DNA of 64,000 bases from a virus. Lineage: Duplodnaviria > Heunggongvirae > Uroviricota > Caudoviricetes. The DNA is taken from positions 45,443 to 109,442 of IMG/VR virus record IMGVR_UViG_2595698871_000001; one strand, given 5' to 3'. Each line of letters begins with the position of its first letter. Position 1 is the stretch's first letter. A program made the position numbers and the translations under genes. The notes under the pieces are model-generated. The model made no database searches. It had not been told where the DNA came from and worked only from the letters and a program-made list of their open reading frames with translations. Positions 7,222 through 17,600 of the stretch are shown one piece after another.

Positions 7222-7304
7222 GCCCTGGTAACCGAGGGGGATTACGAATCCCTTAGTCGTAGCAGGAGTTGAAAAGGGTGGTTCGAATCCACTCCAGGGT
7301 GCCA
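7222..7304 (+). tRNA. Atypical tRNA-Arg(ACG)-like, no D-arm
   Basis: 7-bp acceptor; GGGGA-TTACGAA-TCCCT; T-arm; CCA; only 8 nt where the D-arm should be. Confidence 0.55.
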
Positions 7305-7311
7305 AATCTAT

Positions 7312-7394
7312 AGCGCGCAGGCCGATCAGGATCATCGTCAGGCGTCGCCCTCCGAAGGCGAAGAGGCCCGGTTCGAGTCCGGGGCGCGCTGCCA
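7312..7394 (+). tRNA. tRNA-Arg(CCG), enlarged D-loop
   Basis: TCGCC-CTCCGAA-GGCGA; CCA. Confidence 0.85.
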
Positions 7395-7397
7395 ACT

Positions 7398-7475
7398 GCG
7401 CGGGTAGCTCAACGGAACCAGAGCAGCCGTCTTCTACACGGTGGGTTGGGGGTTCGAGTCCCTCCCCGTGCGCCA
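7398..7475 (+). tRNA. tRNA-Arg(TCT)
   Basis: GCCGT-CTTCTAC-ACGGT; CCA. Confidence 0.9.
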
Positions 7476-7812
7476 AAACTTGACGGGCAATGCCGAATCG
7501 CCCAACTTCGACCCTGGCTCTCGGTGGGCCACGATTGCACGCCGTCGGTGCCCTGGCCGTACACCCAGGGAGCAGCCCGGCGGCGTTCCAACACGGTTTC
7601 TGGACGATCTTCGAACGCGGCTTGCCGTGGAGGGGTGCTGGATAGGGCCGAGGTAGGAGGAACCATCGAGCATCTCCTAATCCCGGCCTGGGCCTCCTGG
7701 GGGCTCCGCTGGGTCGATCAGGGCCTGACCCGACCCCGGAGATGCGCCGACCTAGATCACCCAGGATCGCTGGGTCGGTTGAAAGGGTCTGAAATTTTCT
7801 GGCTCCTATGTG

Positions 7813-7841
7813 TTGACACGCATTTCGGAGCCGGCTACAAC
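7813..7841 (+). promoter_or_regulatory. Sigma70-type promoter
   Basis: TTGACA-N17-TACAAC. Confidence 0.6.
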
Positions 7842-7982
7842 CCTCCTCGTAGAGCGGCGCTGGGGCCTGAAGGCCCCAATCGTTGAGCCTCTGCGTTGTC
7901 GTCAGAAACGGCCCGCCGGCATCCCGCCGCGCGGGCCGTTTCGTCATGGGCGTCATGCGACCTTGAGTCCACCGTGGGTAGT

Positions 7983-8021
7983 GTCGTGAATCTTGACTTT
8001 CGACCACCTTTCCGGTAGCTT
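7983..8021 (+). promoter_or_regulatory. Promoter with GTCGTGAATC element
   Basis: GTCGTGAATC-TTGACT-N17-TAGCTT. Confidence 0.7.
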
Positions 8022-8066
8022 CCCCTTCATCACCAACGCTCATAAGTCGGGGACTAGAGAGCCGAT

Positions 8067-8465
8067 ATGTCGCAAGACCACACCGGCTCCGCAACGCAGA
8101 GCCAAGAACACATCTTTCGTAAGCTGGATGAGCTTGGCGCAATGCACATGCGTACCCGCGAGGACATGGCCGAAGTCAAGGAGAAGGTGAAGACCATCGC
8201 CTCCTCTCAGGAGCGCTTTGAGCGCGACGTTTGGCGCGAGATGGACATTCGCCACGCCGAGACCAAGGAGCAACTGGCCGCCATCAAGAATCAAACCGCC
8301 GATCGGATCGACGAGATCGAGGCCAAGGTGAACACCATTCGCGAGGAGCGGATCGCCGAAAAAGCCCAGTGGCGTGGCCCCGAGAAGGTCATTGCCGGCA
8401 TCGTCGCCCTGGCGGGCGGCGTCACCGCGATCGGCGTTCTCTGGAGCATCTTCAAACCCCACTAA
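8067..8465 (+). CDS. Coiled-coil protein with C-terminal transmembrane helix (132 aa)
   Basis: Heptad-rich body; hydrophobic VIAGIVALAGGVTAIGVLWSIF. Confidence 0.8.
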   Translation: MSQDHTGSATQSQEHIFRKLDELGAMHMRTREDMAEVKEKVKTIASSQERFERDVWREMDIRHAETKEQLAAIKNQTADRIDEIEAKVNTIREERIAEKAQWRGPEKVIAGIVALAGGVTAIGVLWSIFKPH

Positions 8466-8570
8466 GCCTACAGTCAAGCTTGTTCGCCTGCGGCCAGAAG
8501 TCGCGGTTCTTGACACCCCCCAGCGGCCCGAGCTAACCATAGGGTCATCTGTTCCTGGGGAGTTTCCTAG

Positions 8571-8792
8571 ATGGCTGCTGCGCTTACCCTCGTCTCCTGC
8601 GAGACGAACTTTTCGACCACCACGGACACCGATCCGGACGCGGCGCACGAGCGCCTCATTCTGGTCCTCAACACCGCCTCAGAAGCGGGCCTTGGTGAAA
8701 TGACGTTGGAAGTCAAAGAAGAGATCGAGGCCCTGCTCAAGCAGGCGTCTATCGAACTCTCGAACTGCCGGATCGTGGGGGGAGTTCCTTAA
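8571..8792 (+). CDS. Hypothetical protein (73 aa)
   Basis: ATG after promoter-like TTGACA..GCTAACC near 8510-8540. Confidence 0.6.
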   Translation: MAAALTLVSCETNFSTTTDTDPDAAHERLILVLNTASEAGLGEMTLEVKEEIEALLKQASIELSNCRIVGGVP

Positions 8793-8814
8793 TCGCCATC
8801 CCAGAGGGAGCGAC

Positions 8815-9681
8815 GTGTCCGAGTCTTCCGAATTCAACCCGCTCGACCAATCCCAGTTCCCTCCTCGCCTCACCAAGGCTGCTGCGCGTCAGGCGCGGCG
8901 CCAGGAGCGCAGCCAGAAAAAGGACCCCACGGCGAACAAGCCCAACTACAAGGCGCTCGAAGCCAAGACTGAACGCCAGAAGCGCTACATCCAGGCGCTG
9001 AAGGCCGGCGAGAGCGCCATCGCCATCGGCGGGGCCGGCACGGGGAAGACCTACATCCCGTCCCGGCTCTTCGCCAAGAAGCTGATCGAAGGCAAGACCG
9101 AACGCCTGATCATCGCCCGCGTCACCGCCTCGCGGGCCAAGCACGCCCTGGGCTTCCTGCCCGGCAAGCTCGAAGCCAAGCTGGCCCCGTGGCTGGTGCC
9201 GGTGATCGAGGGCGTCAAGGCGGAAATGAACGCCCAGACCTATACGCAGTTGCAGGAGGCCGGCAAGATCGAGTTCGCCTCCTTCGAGCACATGCGCGGC
9301 CGGACCTTCGGCGAGTGCTGCGTCCTGCTGGACGAGGCCCAGAACGCCGACTACAAGGACCTGAAGATGGTCCTGACCCGTTGGGGTGAGAACGCCCAGT
9401 ACGCGGTCACCGGCGACGTCGACCAGATCGACGTGGACGACTCCGGGCTGGACACGGTCATCGACATCGTCGAGGCCAACGACATCCCCATCCACGTCAT
9501 CGAGTTCACCGACGAAGACGTCGTGCGCTCGCCCATGGCCAAGGCCTGGGTCAAGGCCTTCTCCGCCCACGAGGGCAAGGACGGCCGGCCCCGGCGCTTC
9601 CACCGCCCGGCTGTCAGGAATCTTGACGCTTTGCCGGCGTTCATCGATAATGGCCATGTCACGAAACCCGTGGCATCGTGA
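8815..9681 (+). CDS. phoH: PhoH-like ATPase
   Basis: Walker A GGAGTGKT, FEHMRGRTF, LLDEAQN, TGDVDQID motifs. Confidence 0.92.
   Translation: MSESSEFNPLDQSQFPPRLTKAAARQARRQERSQKKDPTANKPNYKALEAKTERQKRYIQALKAGESAIAIGGAGTGKTYIPSRLFAKKLIEGKTERLIIARVTASRAKHALGFLPGKLEAKLAPWLVPVIEGVKAEMNAQTYTQLQEAGKIEFASFEHMRGRTFGECCVLLDEAQNADYKDLKMVLTRWGENAQYAVTGDVDQIDVDDSGLDTVIDIVEANDIPIHVIEFTDEDVVRSPMAKAWVKAFSAHEGKDGRPRRFHRPAVRNLDALPAFIDNGHVTKPVAS
9613..9651 (+). promoter_or_regulatory. Internal promoter for neck genes
   Basis: GTCAGGAATC-TTGACG-N17-GATAAT inside the 3' end of phoH. Confidence 0.6.
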
Positions 9682-9698
9682 CAAAGACGTAGAGCACC

Positions 9699-10220
9699 AT
9701 GGCCTTCACCTTCGTTGTTGAGACCGGCGCCGGCGACCCGGCCGCGAACTCGTACTGCGACGTGCAGTTCGCGGACGACTACATCTACGCCAACGTCTAC
9801 TCGAACACCGCCTGGGCCGCCTTGGAGGACGAGGACAAGGAACGCTTCCTGGTCCGCGCCTCCAAGTACCTGGACCGGACGGTGCAATGGGCGGGGGAGA
9901 AGATCGAGGAGGACTCCGGCCTGCGCTGGCCGCGCGCCGGGGTCTATGACGTCGACGGCTTCCTGATCCCCAGCGACGCCATCCCGCAGCAGTTGATGGA
10001 GGCCACCGCCGAAATGGCGGCGGCGCTCCTCAACAACGACTGGACCTCGCCGCAGACCACGCGCGGCATGAAGGAAATCCAGGTCGACGTCATCGAACTG
10101 AAGTTCGACACCGAGGTCCAGCGCGGCTCGATGCCGGACATCGTCATGCAAATCCTGGAGGGCCTGGGCGTGGTCAAGACCGGCCAGCGCCCGGCCTTCA
10201 AGAAGATCATCCGGCACTAA
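9699..10220 (+). CDS. Head-tail adaptor (DnaT-like phage family)
   Basis: ANSY..V..AD.Y, RASKYLD, L.WPR motifs; position before tail genes. Confidence 0.7.
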   Translation: MAFTFVVETGAGDPAANSYCDVQFADDYIYANVYSNTAWAALEDEDKERFLVRASKYLDRTVQWAGEKIEEDSGLRWPRAGVYDVDGFLIPSDAIPQQLMEATAEMAAALLNNDWTSPQTTRGMKEIQVDVIELKFDTEVQRGSMPDIVMQILEGLGVVKTGQRPAFKKIIRH

Positions 10221-10612
10221 TGGCGCTCGAAGCGTTCATCCAGTCGCAGGTCCTGGTTGCCTTCAACCAGCTTGACGACCTCTGCAAGCGCTGGACCTAT
10301 GTCCAGCGTTCGGGGACTGGCGTGCGCGACGTCGAGAGCGGCAAGACCGTCTACCCCACGACCGAGATCGACATCCCCAAGGCCGTGCGGGTGCGCTTCA
10401 AGAAGGACGAGAAGGACAAGACCGGGCAGGTCCTGGTCGGCGAGAAGCTCCTCTTCCCGCGCGTCTACCTGCCCAAGGGCTTCGAGACCAAGACGTCCGA
10501 CTACCTCATCGACGAGGCGGACGTGATCTGGGAGATCATGAGCGACCTGTCGGACCCGGCCAAGGCCGTGGCGATCCTCCAGGTGCGCACCTCCCGGATC
10601 GTGACGCCGTGA
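10220..10612 (+). CDS. Putative head-closure protein
   Basis: Synteny; stop/start overlap. Confidence 0.6.
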   Translation: MALEAFIQSQVLVAFNQLDDLCKRWTYVQRSGTGVRDVESGKTVYPTTEIDIPKAVRVRFKKDEKDKTGQVLVGEKLLFPRVYLPKGFETKTSDYLIDEADVIWEIMSDLSDPAKAVAILQVRTSRIVTP

Positions 10613-11082
10613 AGGTAGGCGGCGCCAAGCTCAACTTCTACACCGACGGGAACCTGGAGGCGGCGTTCAAGCGCTTCTTCGCCACCGCCGAGAAGCGTTA
10701 CGACGAGCGCGCCGACCGGTTGCTGATCCGGCTGAACGAACTGATCCTCTCGCGCACCCCGGTGTGGGAGGGCGACACGATCCACAACTGGCGCTGGTCG
10801 ACCCGCGCGCCGGACATGCGTCACGAAGACCCGATCGGCGGCGTCGACCCTGGCCGCACCAACGACATGCCCCTGGGCGTGGAGCCCCGGCGCCGCGCCA
10901 ACGAGGCCCGCCCCCGCCAGTCGCTGGCCGGCGCGCTGCGGGCCAAGGAGCCGATCGACATCTACCTGACCAACACCGCCGAGAGCGCGGTCGATCTCGA
11001 ATACGGGCTGCTGCCGACCAAGGCCCAGAGCCGTAACAGCATGGGGATGGTCCGAATCTCGGTTAAAGAGGTGTTCGGGTGA
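10609..11082 (+). CDS. Putative neck/tail completion protein (HK97 gp10-like)
   Basis: RTPV..G....NW motif; LEYG; synteny. Confidence 0.65.
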   Translation: MKVGGAKLNFYTDGNLEAAFKRFFATAEKRYDERADRLLIRLNELILSRTPVWEGDTIHNWRWSTRAPDMRHEDPIGGVDPGRTNDMPLGVEPRRRANEARPRQSLAGALRAKEPIDIYLTNTAESAVDLEYGLLPTKAQSRNSMGMVRISVKEVFG

Positions 11083-11153
11083 TCCCCGCGTTCATCATTC
11101 TGCCGCGCGTCTATCTCGCGGCGTGGGTTTCGTTCTGGCTCGGGGAGGACTAG

Positions 11154-11609
11154 ATGCTCGAACACGACATGCTCCGTCAAGTCCTGGAACAGCAGGCGCT
11201 CGCCGCCGCCGTCCTGGCCAACCTCGACCTGAAGTTCGACAACTCCCAGTTCGTCCAGCCGACCGACGGACGCCACTGGGCGGAGTTCTGGCACAAGACC
11301 GGCGCGACCAAGGCCTGCGAGGTCGCTGGGCCGAAGGGCTATGAGAAGACCGCTGGGCTGCTGCAATTCACCCTCAAGGCCCCCGAGGAGGAAGGCAACG
11401 GCGCGATCATCCGCGCCGGCGGTCTCGTCAAGCGGGCGCTGAACCGCAAGCAGTTGGTGATCCCGCCCGACGGCTGGGTCACGCTCGATCCGATCTCGGT
11501 CGACATGCACGGCAAGCCGATCGACGGCTTCTTCAACGTCATCGTCTGGGCGACGTTCGACTTCTACCACCGCGATCCCGACGCGCCCGATCACTGGCTC
11601 CGGGGTTGA
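11154..11609 (+). CDS. Putative tail terminator
   Basis: Directly upstream of tail tube; size and G.LQF motif. Confidence 0.6.
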   Translation: MLEHDMLRQVLEQQALAAAVLANLDLKFDNSQFVQPTDGRHWAEFWHKTGATKACEVAGPKGYEKTAGLLQFTLKAPEEEGNGAIIRAGGLVKRALNRKQLVIPPDGWVTLDPISVDMHGKPIDGFFNVIVWATFDFYHRDPDAPDHWLRG

Positions 11610-11633
11610 CGGCGGAGCTTCACGGCTGCTATA

Positions 11634-11672
11634 GTCGTGAATCTTGACATTCCGCGAAGTCTAGGGTAGGTT
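11634..11672 (+). promoter_or_regulatory. Promoter with GTCGTGAATC element
   Basis: GTCGTGAATC-TTGACA-N17-TAGGTT. Confidence 0.75.
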
Positions 11673-11754
11673 CACCACACTTGCGATGCAGGGCCGGGTC
11701 GGCGCGCTCGCTACCCTTCCTTTTGTCACAAAACCCTGGATTGGTGACCTGCAC

Positions 11755-13587
11755 ATGGCTGCATCGTTCTTCGCCGACTCCAACCGCGCGCGGATGCGCT
11801 ACATCAAGGAAAACAACGTCATCTGGGGTGTCACCCCGGCGACGGGCGTTTCCCGCGAACTGCGGTACACCGGCTCCACCGTCAACGCCCAGAAGGACAC
11901 GACCCTCTCGGAAGAAATCCGTGCTGACCGCATGGTGTCCGAGATCGTCGAGGTCGCTGCGCGCACCACTGGCGAAATCAACGTCGAATTCTCGGCTGGC
12001 TCGCACGACGACCTGCTCGAAGCCTTCATGTACGGCGCGTGGACGCGCCCGATGACCTTCGACTCGGTCCAGGGCGTCTCGCTCGAATGGTCCGACACCG
12101 ACACCCTGTACGTCAAGGGCAAGGACGTCACCCCCTACTTCTTCGCGGGCCGCCGCGTCCGCACGCAGGGCTTCATCAACGTCGCGAACAACGGCTACTG
12201 GCAGATCGCCACGATCACGTTCAACGCCGGCGCCAACCGCACCGAGATCAACATGTCCGCGTCGACGGCTGTCGCCGAGCGCGGCACCGCCTACTCGGCG
12301 ATGTATGACGCCAACGACGTCATCGTCCTGAACAACGTCGCGATCCGCGCGGGCACCTCGGGCGAAGCTGCGTTCGACTCCAACGGCACCAACGCCTTCG
12401 CCGCCGCGATCGCTGCCGGCCAACTGCTGGTCGGTCAGAAGATTTTCGTCGAGGGCCTGGGCTTCGAGACGGGCACCGTCACCCTGGCTGATCTGCCGGC
12501 GGCTGGCGCGCGCGTCAAGATCGCCGACGGCGCCAAGGACGTCACCTTCCAATTCGGCGGCAGCGCCTCCCAGCCGATCGTCGTCGTGCCCCTGGGCACC
12601 GACGAAATCGACACCGCCCAGAACCTCGCTGACGCCATCAACAAGCTGCGCGTCCGCAAGCAACTGGAAGTGGGGGCCTCGGCCGCTGCCGGCGTCGTGA
12701 CGCTGCGCAACCTGCTGGTGACGGGCGGCTCGGTCACCGAGACCGTCGCCGACGCCAACGTGACCGTCGCCAACTTCTCGGGCGGCAACGCCACGGTGCG
12801 CGGCATCTTCACCATCGAGTCGCTGACCGATGACAAGATCGGCGTCAACCCGGCTCCGACCACGCTGAACAACTCGACGGCCAAGGTCAACATCAAGGCC
12901 TCGACCCTGCGCAACCCGTCCGACCCGGACGTCATCACCGCGCAGTCGTTCACCTTCGAGACCGGCTTCGAAGACGTCGACCAATACTACCTCGCCGACG
13001 GCATGCGGATCGGTACGATCGGCCTGAACATCGCGGCCAACTCGATCCTGACGGGCTCCTACGGCCTGCAAGGTCGCGCCTCGACCCGCCAGAACGAGAC
13101 CAAGCTGGGCGCTTCGCCCTACGTTGCGCTCCAGACGACCGCGACCCCGGTGGCCAACGCCACGGTCAACGTCGGCAAGATCGCGATGAACGGCGAGGAA
13201 CTCTCGACGGCCGTCCAGTCGATCGCCATCAACGGCACGAACAACCTGCGCGACCAGATGGCCGTGGGCTACAAGTTCCCCGCCGGCATCGGCGCGGGCC
13301 GGATGGAAATCTCGGGCTCGCTGGTCGCCTACTTCGCTGATGGCAACCTGTGGGACAAGTTCATCAACCACGAGACCGTCTCGGTGAGCTTCCCGCTGAC
13401 CGACGTGCTGGGCAACCACTACGAGTTCACGATCCCGGCGGCGAACTTCTCGACCGACACCGTGAACCCGGCCGGCGGCAACCAGGACATCATGGAGAAC
13501 CTGGAGTACACCGCCAAGCGCGACCCGGTCACCGACTGCCAGTTCCAGATCGACCGCTACTCCTCGATCTTCGCGAACACGAACTAA
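11755..13587 (+). CDS. Major tail tube protein (610 aa)
   Basis: S.EIRADRMV..., GRMEISGSL.AYF motifs; precedes chaperone and tape measure. Confidence 0.85.
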   Translation: MAASFFADSNRARMRYIKENNVIWGVTPATGVSRELRYTGSTVNAQKDTTLSEEIRADRMVSEIVEVAARTTGEINVEFSAGSHDDLLEAFMYGAWTRPMTFDSVQGVSLEWSDTDTLYVKGKDVTPYFFAGRRVRTQGFINVANNGYWQIATITFNAGANRTEINMSASTAVAERGTAYSAMYDANDVIVLNNVAIRAGTSGEAAFDSNGTNAFAAAIAAGQLLVGQKIFVEGLGFETGTVTLADLPAAGARVKIADGAKDVTFQFGGSASQPIVVVPLGTDEIDTAQNLADAINKLRVRKQLEVGASAAAGVVTLRNLLVTGGSVTETVADANVTVANFSGGNATVRGIFTIESLTDDKIGVNPAPTTLNNSTAKVNIKASTLRNPSDPDVITAQSFTFETGFEDVDQYYLADGMRIGTIGLNIAANSILTGSYGLQGRASTRQNETKLGASPYVALQTTATPVANATVNVGKIAMNGEELSTAVQSIAINGTNNLRDQMAVGYKFPAGIGAGRMEISGSLVAYFADGNLWDKFINHETVSVSFPLTDVLGNHYEFTIPAANFSTDTVNPAGGNQDIMENLEYTAKRDPVTDCQFQIDRYSSIFANTN

Positions 13588-13726
13588 GGGCTATGTCACG
13601 ATTCCCCCGGATCGTGACAGCCCCCTCCAGCTTCCCCCGATAGACGAACGTCCACAGGACAGTTGTCTCAGCGCTGAGCACGGGCCGCCCGGAAATCGGG
13701 GCCGGGCGGCCCACCCTCCCCGATAC

Positions 13727-14170
13727 ATGGACTCCCCGAAAATGACCGACAAGATCAAGATCGACATGCTGGACCTCTTCTCGACCGACCGCGAGTCGGA
13801 AGAAGCCGGCACCTGGATTTTCCTGGACGAGGCCGAGGAAGTCGGCTTCAAGATTCGCGCTCTGGGCGCCAAGGCCGTCCTGGACCTGCGCGACGACCTG
13901 ACCAAGAAGTACCAGTCCCTGCTCCGGGCCGGCGGCAAGCTGCCCGACGAGAAGGTCGAAGAAATCAACCTGAAGGTCATCGCCGGCGGCGTGCTGGCGG
14001 ACTGGAAGGGCATCGTGGTCGGTGGGGAGGAAGTTCCCTACAGCCCCGACAACGCCTATGCGGTCCTGAGCAACCCGAAGCTGGGCAAGATGGCCGGCTT
14101 CATCGCCCAGCACTCGACGGACGCCCAGAACTATCGTGACGGCACCCGCGAGGACGCCGCAAAAAACTAA
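13727..14170 (+). CDS. Tail assembly chaperone G (alternative start 13742)
   Basis: Between tube and tape measure; ends GCA AAA AAC TAA. Confidence 0.85.
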   Translation: MDSPKMTDKIKIDMLDLFSTDRESEEAGTWIFLDEAEEVGFKIRALGAKAVLDLRDDLTKKYQSLLRAGGKLPDEKVEEINLKVIAGGVLADWKGIVVGGEEVPYSPDNAYAVLSNPKLGKMAGFIAQHSTDAQNYRDGTREDAAKN

Positions 14171-14622
14171 CGGCGGCTCTTGAGTTCGCGCTGAACCAGA
14201 AGCAGGGCGGGAGCGGCCGAGTCAAATCGGCCGCCAAGTCCAACGAGTCCACCGACGATTGGCTCGCCCGCTTCAAGCAGCAGAAGGCTTCGGTCCCTGA
14301 CCCCGAGGATGAAGCCGAGGACTCCGAGCCGCAGGGGGTCCAGCCCTATCCCGACCTGATGTGGGTCTGGGACGGCTTCTGGCGCCTCTCCAACAAACGC
14401 CCTCAAGGCATGGCCGGCCCGGCGCGGATTCCCACCTCGGAGATCGAGGCTTTCACCCGCATCCGCCGCTGGGGCTACGCCAAAAGCAACGAGTTCCTCT
14501 ACTTCGTTGACCTGATGGATGAGGTCTACATGGCCTACGTCGCAAAGGTCCTCGAAGAGCAGGAGCGGCAACGAGAAACCGCCAGCCAGAAGCCCCAGAC
14601 CCATAGACGGGGCCGCCGATAG
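13727..14622 (+). CDS. Tail assembly chaperone G-T, -1 frameshift fusion
   Basis: Slippery A AAA AAC at 14161-14167; -1 frame is open through ORF 14359-14622. Confidence 0.8.
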
Positions 14623-14627
14623 GATCA

Positions 14628-17600
14628 ATGGACAGCGAAGCCCTCAAGCTTAAGATCGACTCTTCGCAGGCGCGCCAGGACCTGGATGCGCTTGCGCGGA
14701 GCCTCGACCGTGCTTCCAAGGCCGCCGGCTCCATGCAGTCGAACCTCGCCAAGGGGGTCGACAAGTCCAACGACGCGCTGGTGCGCGGCGCCAAGAACAT
14801 CGAGAAGTTCGCCCGCGTCACCGCCGAACTCTCGAAGGTCAAGCTCTCGGGCGATCCCGCCAAGCAGTTGACCGAATTCGCCAACGCCGTCTCGGCCGTG
14901 GCGCGCGCGCGGGAAATCTCCGCCGCCAAGCTGACCGGCCTGTCGAAGTTTGTCCAGGTCGGCGCCCAAATCTCCAAGCTCAAGTTCAGCGCCGAGTCGT
15001 TCTCGGGGCTGCGCGCCTTCACCCAGGCGATGGACGAGGCCGGCCGCGCGCGCGCCGTCTCGGGCGCCAAGCTGAAGGCCTGGGTCGATTTCATCGACGT
15101 CTCGGCGCGCGCCTCGCGCCTGCGCTTCCCCTCTCAGACCACCTCGTCGATCAAGGCGCTGGCCGAGGCCATGGACGCCATCGCCAAGGTGCGCACGCTC
15201 AGCCCCTCGCGGCTGGCCTCGATCAAGGAAATGTTCACCGTCCTGGCTTCGGCCAAGGGCATCAACGGCGCCAACGGCATCGCTCGGGACCTCGACGCCA
15301 TCGCCGGCGCGGCGACGCGCGCGGCCAAGGCGATGAACGAACTGAAGGGCGCGCGCTCGGGCATGGGCGGCGCGCGCGGCTCGGGTGGTGGAAGTGGCGG
15401 GATCAGCGCCGGCTCGGCCGCGACCGTCAAGCGCTTCAACGAAGAGGTCGCCAAGACCTCCCAGCACACCGCCACCGCCAAGAAGGGCCTCACGGGTCTG
15501 GGCGAGGGCCTGACGGGTCTGTCGGGCCGGTTCAACCTCGCCTATCAGGCCGGGACGCTGTTCAGCGCCATGTTCTCCTCGTTCACCTTCGGCGGGCTGA
15601 TCAAGGGCATCTACGACACCTCGGTCTCGTTCCAGAAGCTGAACAAGGCCATGCTGTTCGTCACCGGCACCTATGACGGCGCCAAGAAGGCGTCGCAGGA
15701 CTTCATCGACATCTCGGTGCAACTGGGCGCATCCGTCGAGGACAACGCCGACGCCTACTCGCGCTTCGCCATCTCGTCGGCCGCCGCCGGCCTGAAGCTG
15801 AACGACGTCAACAAGATTTACAAGTCGACCCAACTCGCCCTGACCGCCGTCGGCGCGAATAGCGAACAGGTCGGCTACGCCTTCTACGGCCTGTCGCAAG
15901 CCATGGCCAAGGGCAAGATTTCGTCCGAAGAGTTCAACCGCCAGATCGGCGAGCAAATCCCCGGCAACGCCCAGGCGGGTGCGCGCGCCCTGTCGAAGCT
16001 GACGGGCCAGCAGAAGTCGGTCGCCGACCTCTTCGACGAGATGCGCAAGGGCACGCTCCAGTCCGCGCCGTTCCTGAAGGCCTGGGCCGATGAAGTCAGC
16101 CGCATGTTCGCGCCGCTGCTGCCGGAAGCTGAGAAGCGCCCCGACTTCCAACTGAACAAGGTCAAGACCGCCTTCTCCCTGTGGAAGAAGGAAGTGGGCC
16201 AGTCGCAGTTCATCGGCGCCCTCACCACGCAGTTCAAGCGCCTGTCGGACATGCTCATCGTGGTCAAGGGCGACCACTACGTCCTGACCGATCGCGGCAA
16301 GAAGCTGGCTGACTCGTTCGGCAAGGGTCTGGCCCAGGCCGTCAACATCCTGGGCAACGCCCTGGCGTGGCTGGCGGACAACATGGACAAGGTCGTGTCG
16401 GTGATCAAGGTCATCGGCGCCCTGGCGATCGGCAATGAGTTCGCCAAGTGGGGCTCCCAGGTCGCCAAGTTCGCCGACAACATGCTGGGCGTGAAGAAGG
16501 CGATCGAGGAAGTCTCGGCCGCTGAGTCGACCGCCCAGGCCAAGCGCGCCGTCGTCAACAAGTCCGGCGCGGTCAACACCGCCGCGTCGCTGGCGACCGA
16601 TCGCATGGCGATGGCGACCAACCGCAGCCGTGACGCCGTCATGGGCGGCACCTTCGTGGGCTCGGCCGCCGCGCCGGCCGTGCGTCAGGCTCCGGCCTTC
16701 TCGCAACTGTCCTACCTGACCGGCGCTCCGACGGAGGCTGCGCGCGGACGCGCGACCTTCGGCCAGCGCCAGCCCTTCACCGGCAACTCCACCTTCGACG
16801 CGCGCCCGGCCGCGCGCGGTAACATGCTGGGCGGCCTGATGGGCGCGGCAAGCGCCGGCGCTGCCACGGCGGCGACCACCGCGTTCAGCGGCCTGCGTAA
16901 GGTCATCAACCTCCTGCCCGGCGTTGCGCTGACGGCGGCCGTTGCCCTGGCGATCTTCGGCAACAGCATGACCAAGCTGAACGACAAGGCCGTCTCCTAC
17001 AACAACATCGCCGCCGGCGCCCTGGGCACGGCAGGCGATCAGGTTGGCATGGGCCTGACCGGGCTGTTCAACGGCATCCGGGGCCTGCTGGGCGCCCAGC
17101 AGAAGGCCGCCGGCACCGGCGACTGGCTGGTCGACATCTCCGCCTCGCTGATCGTCTTCGGCAAGACCATCTTCACCCTGGCCTCGACCCTGGGCAAAAT
17201 CCTCGGCACGATGATGTCCAACATCATCATCCCCTGGATCGACCTGGGTCAGAAGCTGTCCTCGGGCGACCTGAAGGGCGCTGCGGCGGCCTCGGGTGAA
17301 ATCCTGCTGGGTCAGTTCGGCAAGGAGAGCCGCAAGCGCTGGGGTGACCTGGGCAAGGAACTGGGTCAGGACTGGGGCAAGGCCCTGGACTACGCGGGCA
17401 CGCGCAAGTCGATCGTCGACGGCGCCCTGAAGTCGGCCGCCGGCGACACGGCCGCCACGCAAGGCGCCAACGCCGCCCAGAAGATGACGGAAGCGGCCCT
17501 CGCCCAGATGAAGGCCGCCGACGATCAGGCCCTGGCTGCGGCTGACCTGAAGGACGCCACGGCGAACTTCAAGAAGGACCTCGCGCCGCTCAACTTCAAC

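Noticed and set aside
3030-7886. Many short ORFs in the tRNA cluster, e.g. 5141-5800, 5522-6073, 7216-8142
   Set aside because: They are translations of tRNA sequence and lack phage codon bias.
11686-11754. Upstream starts given by the ORF track (11686, 21150, 33121, 38685-41609, 58081)
   Set aside because: They begin inside promoter elements (the TTG of TTGACA or the GTG of GTGAATC) or upstream of the RBS-supported start; downstream starts were used.
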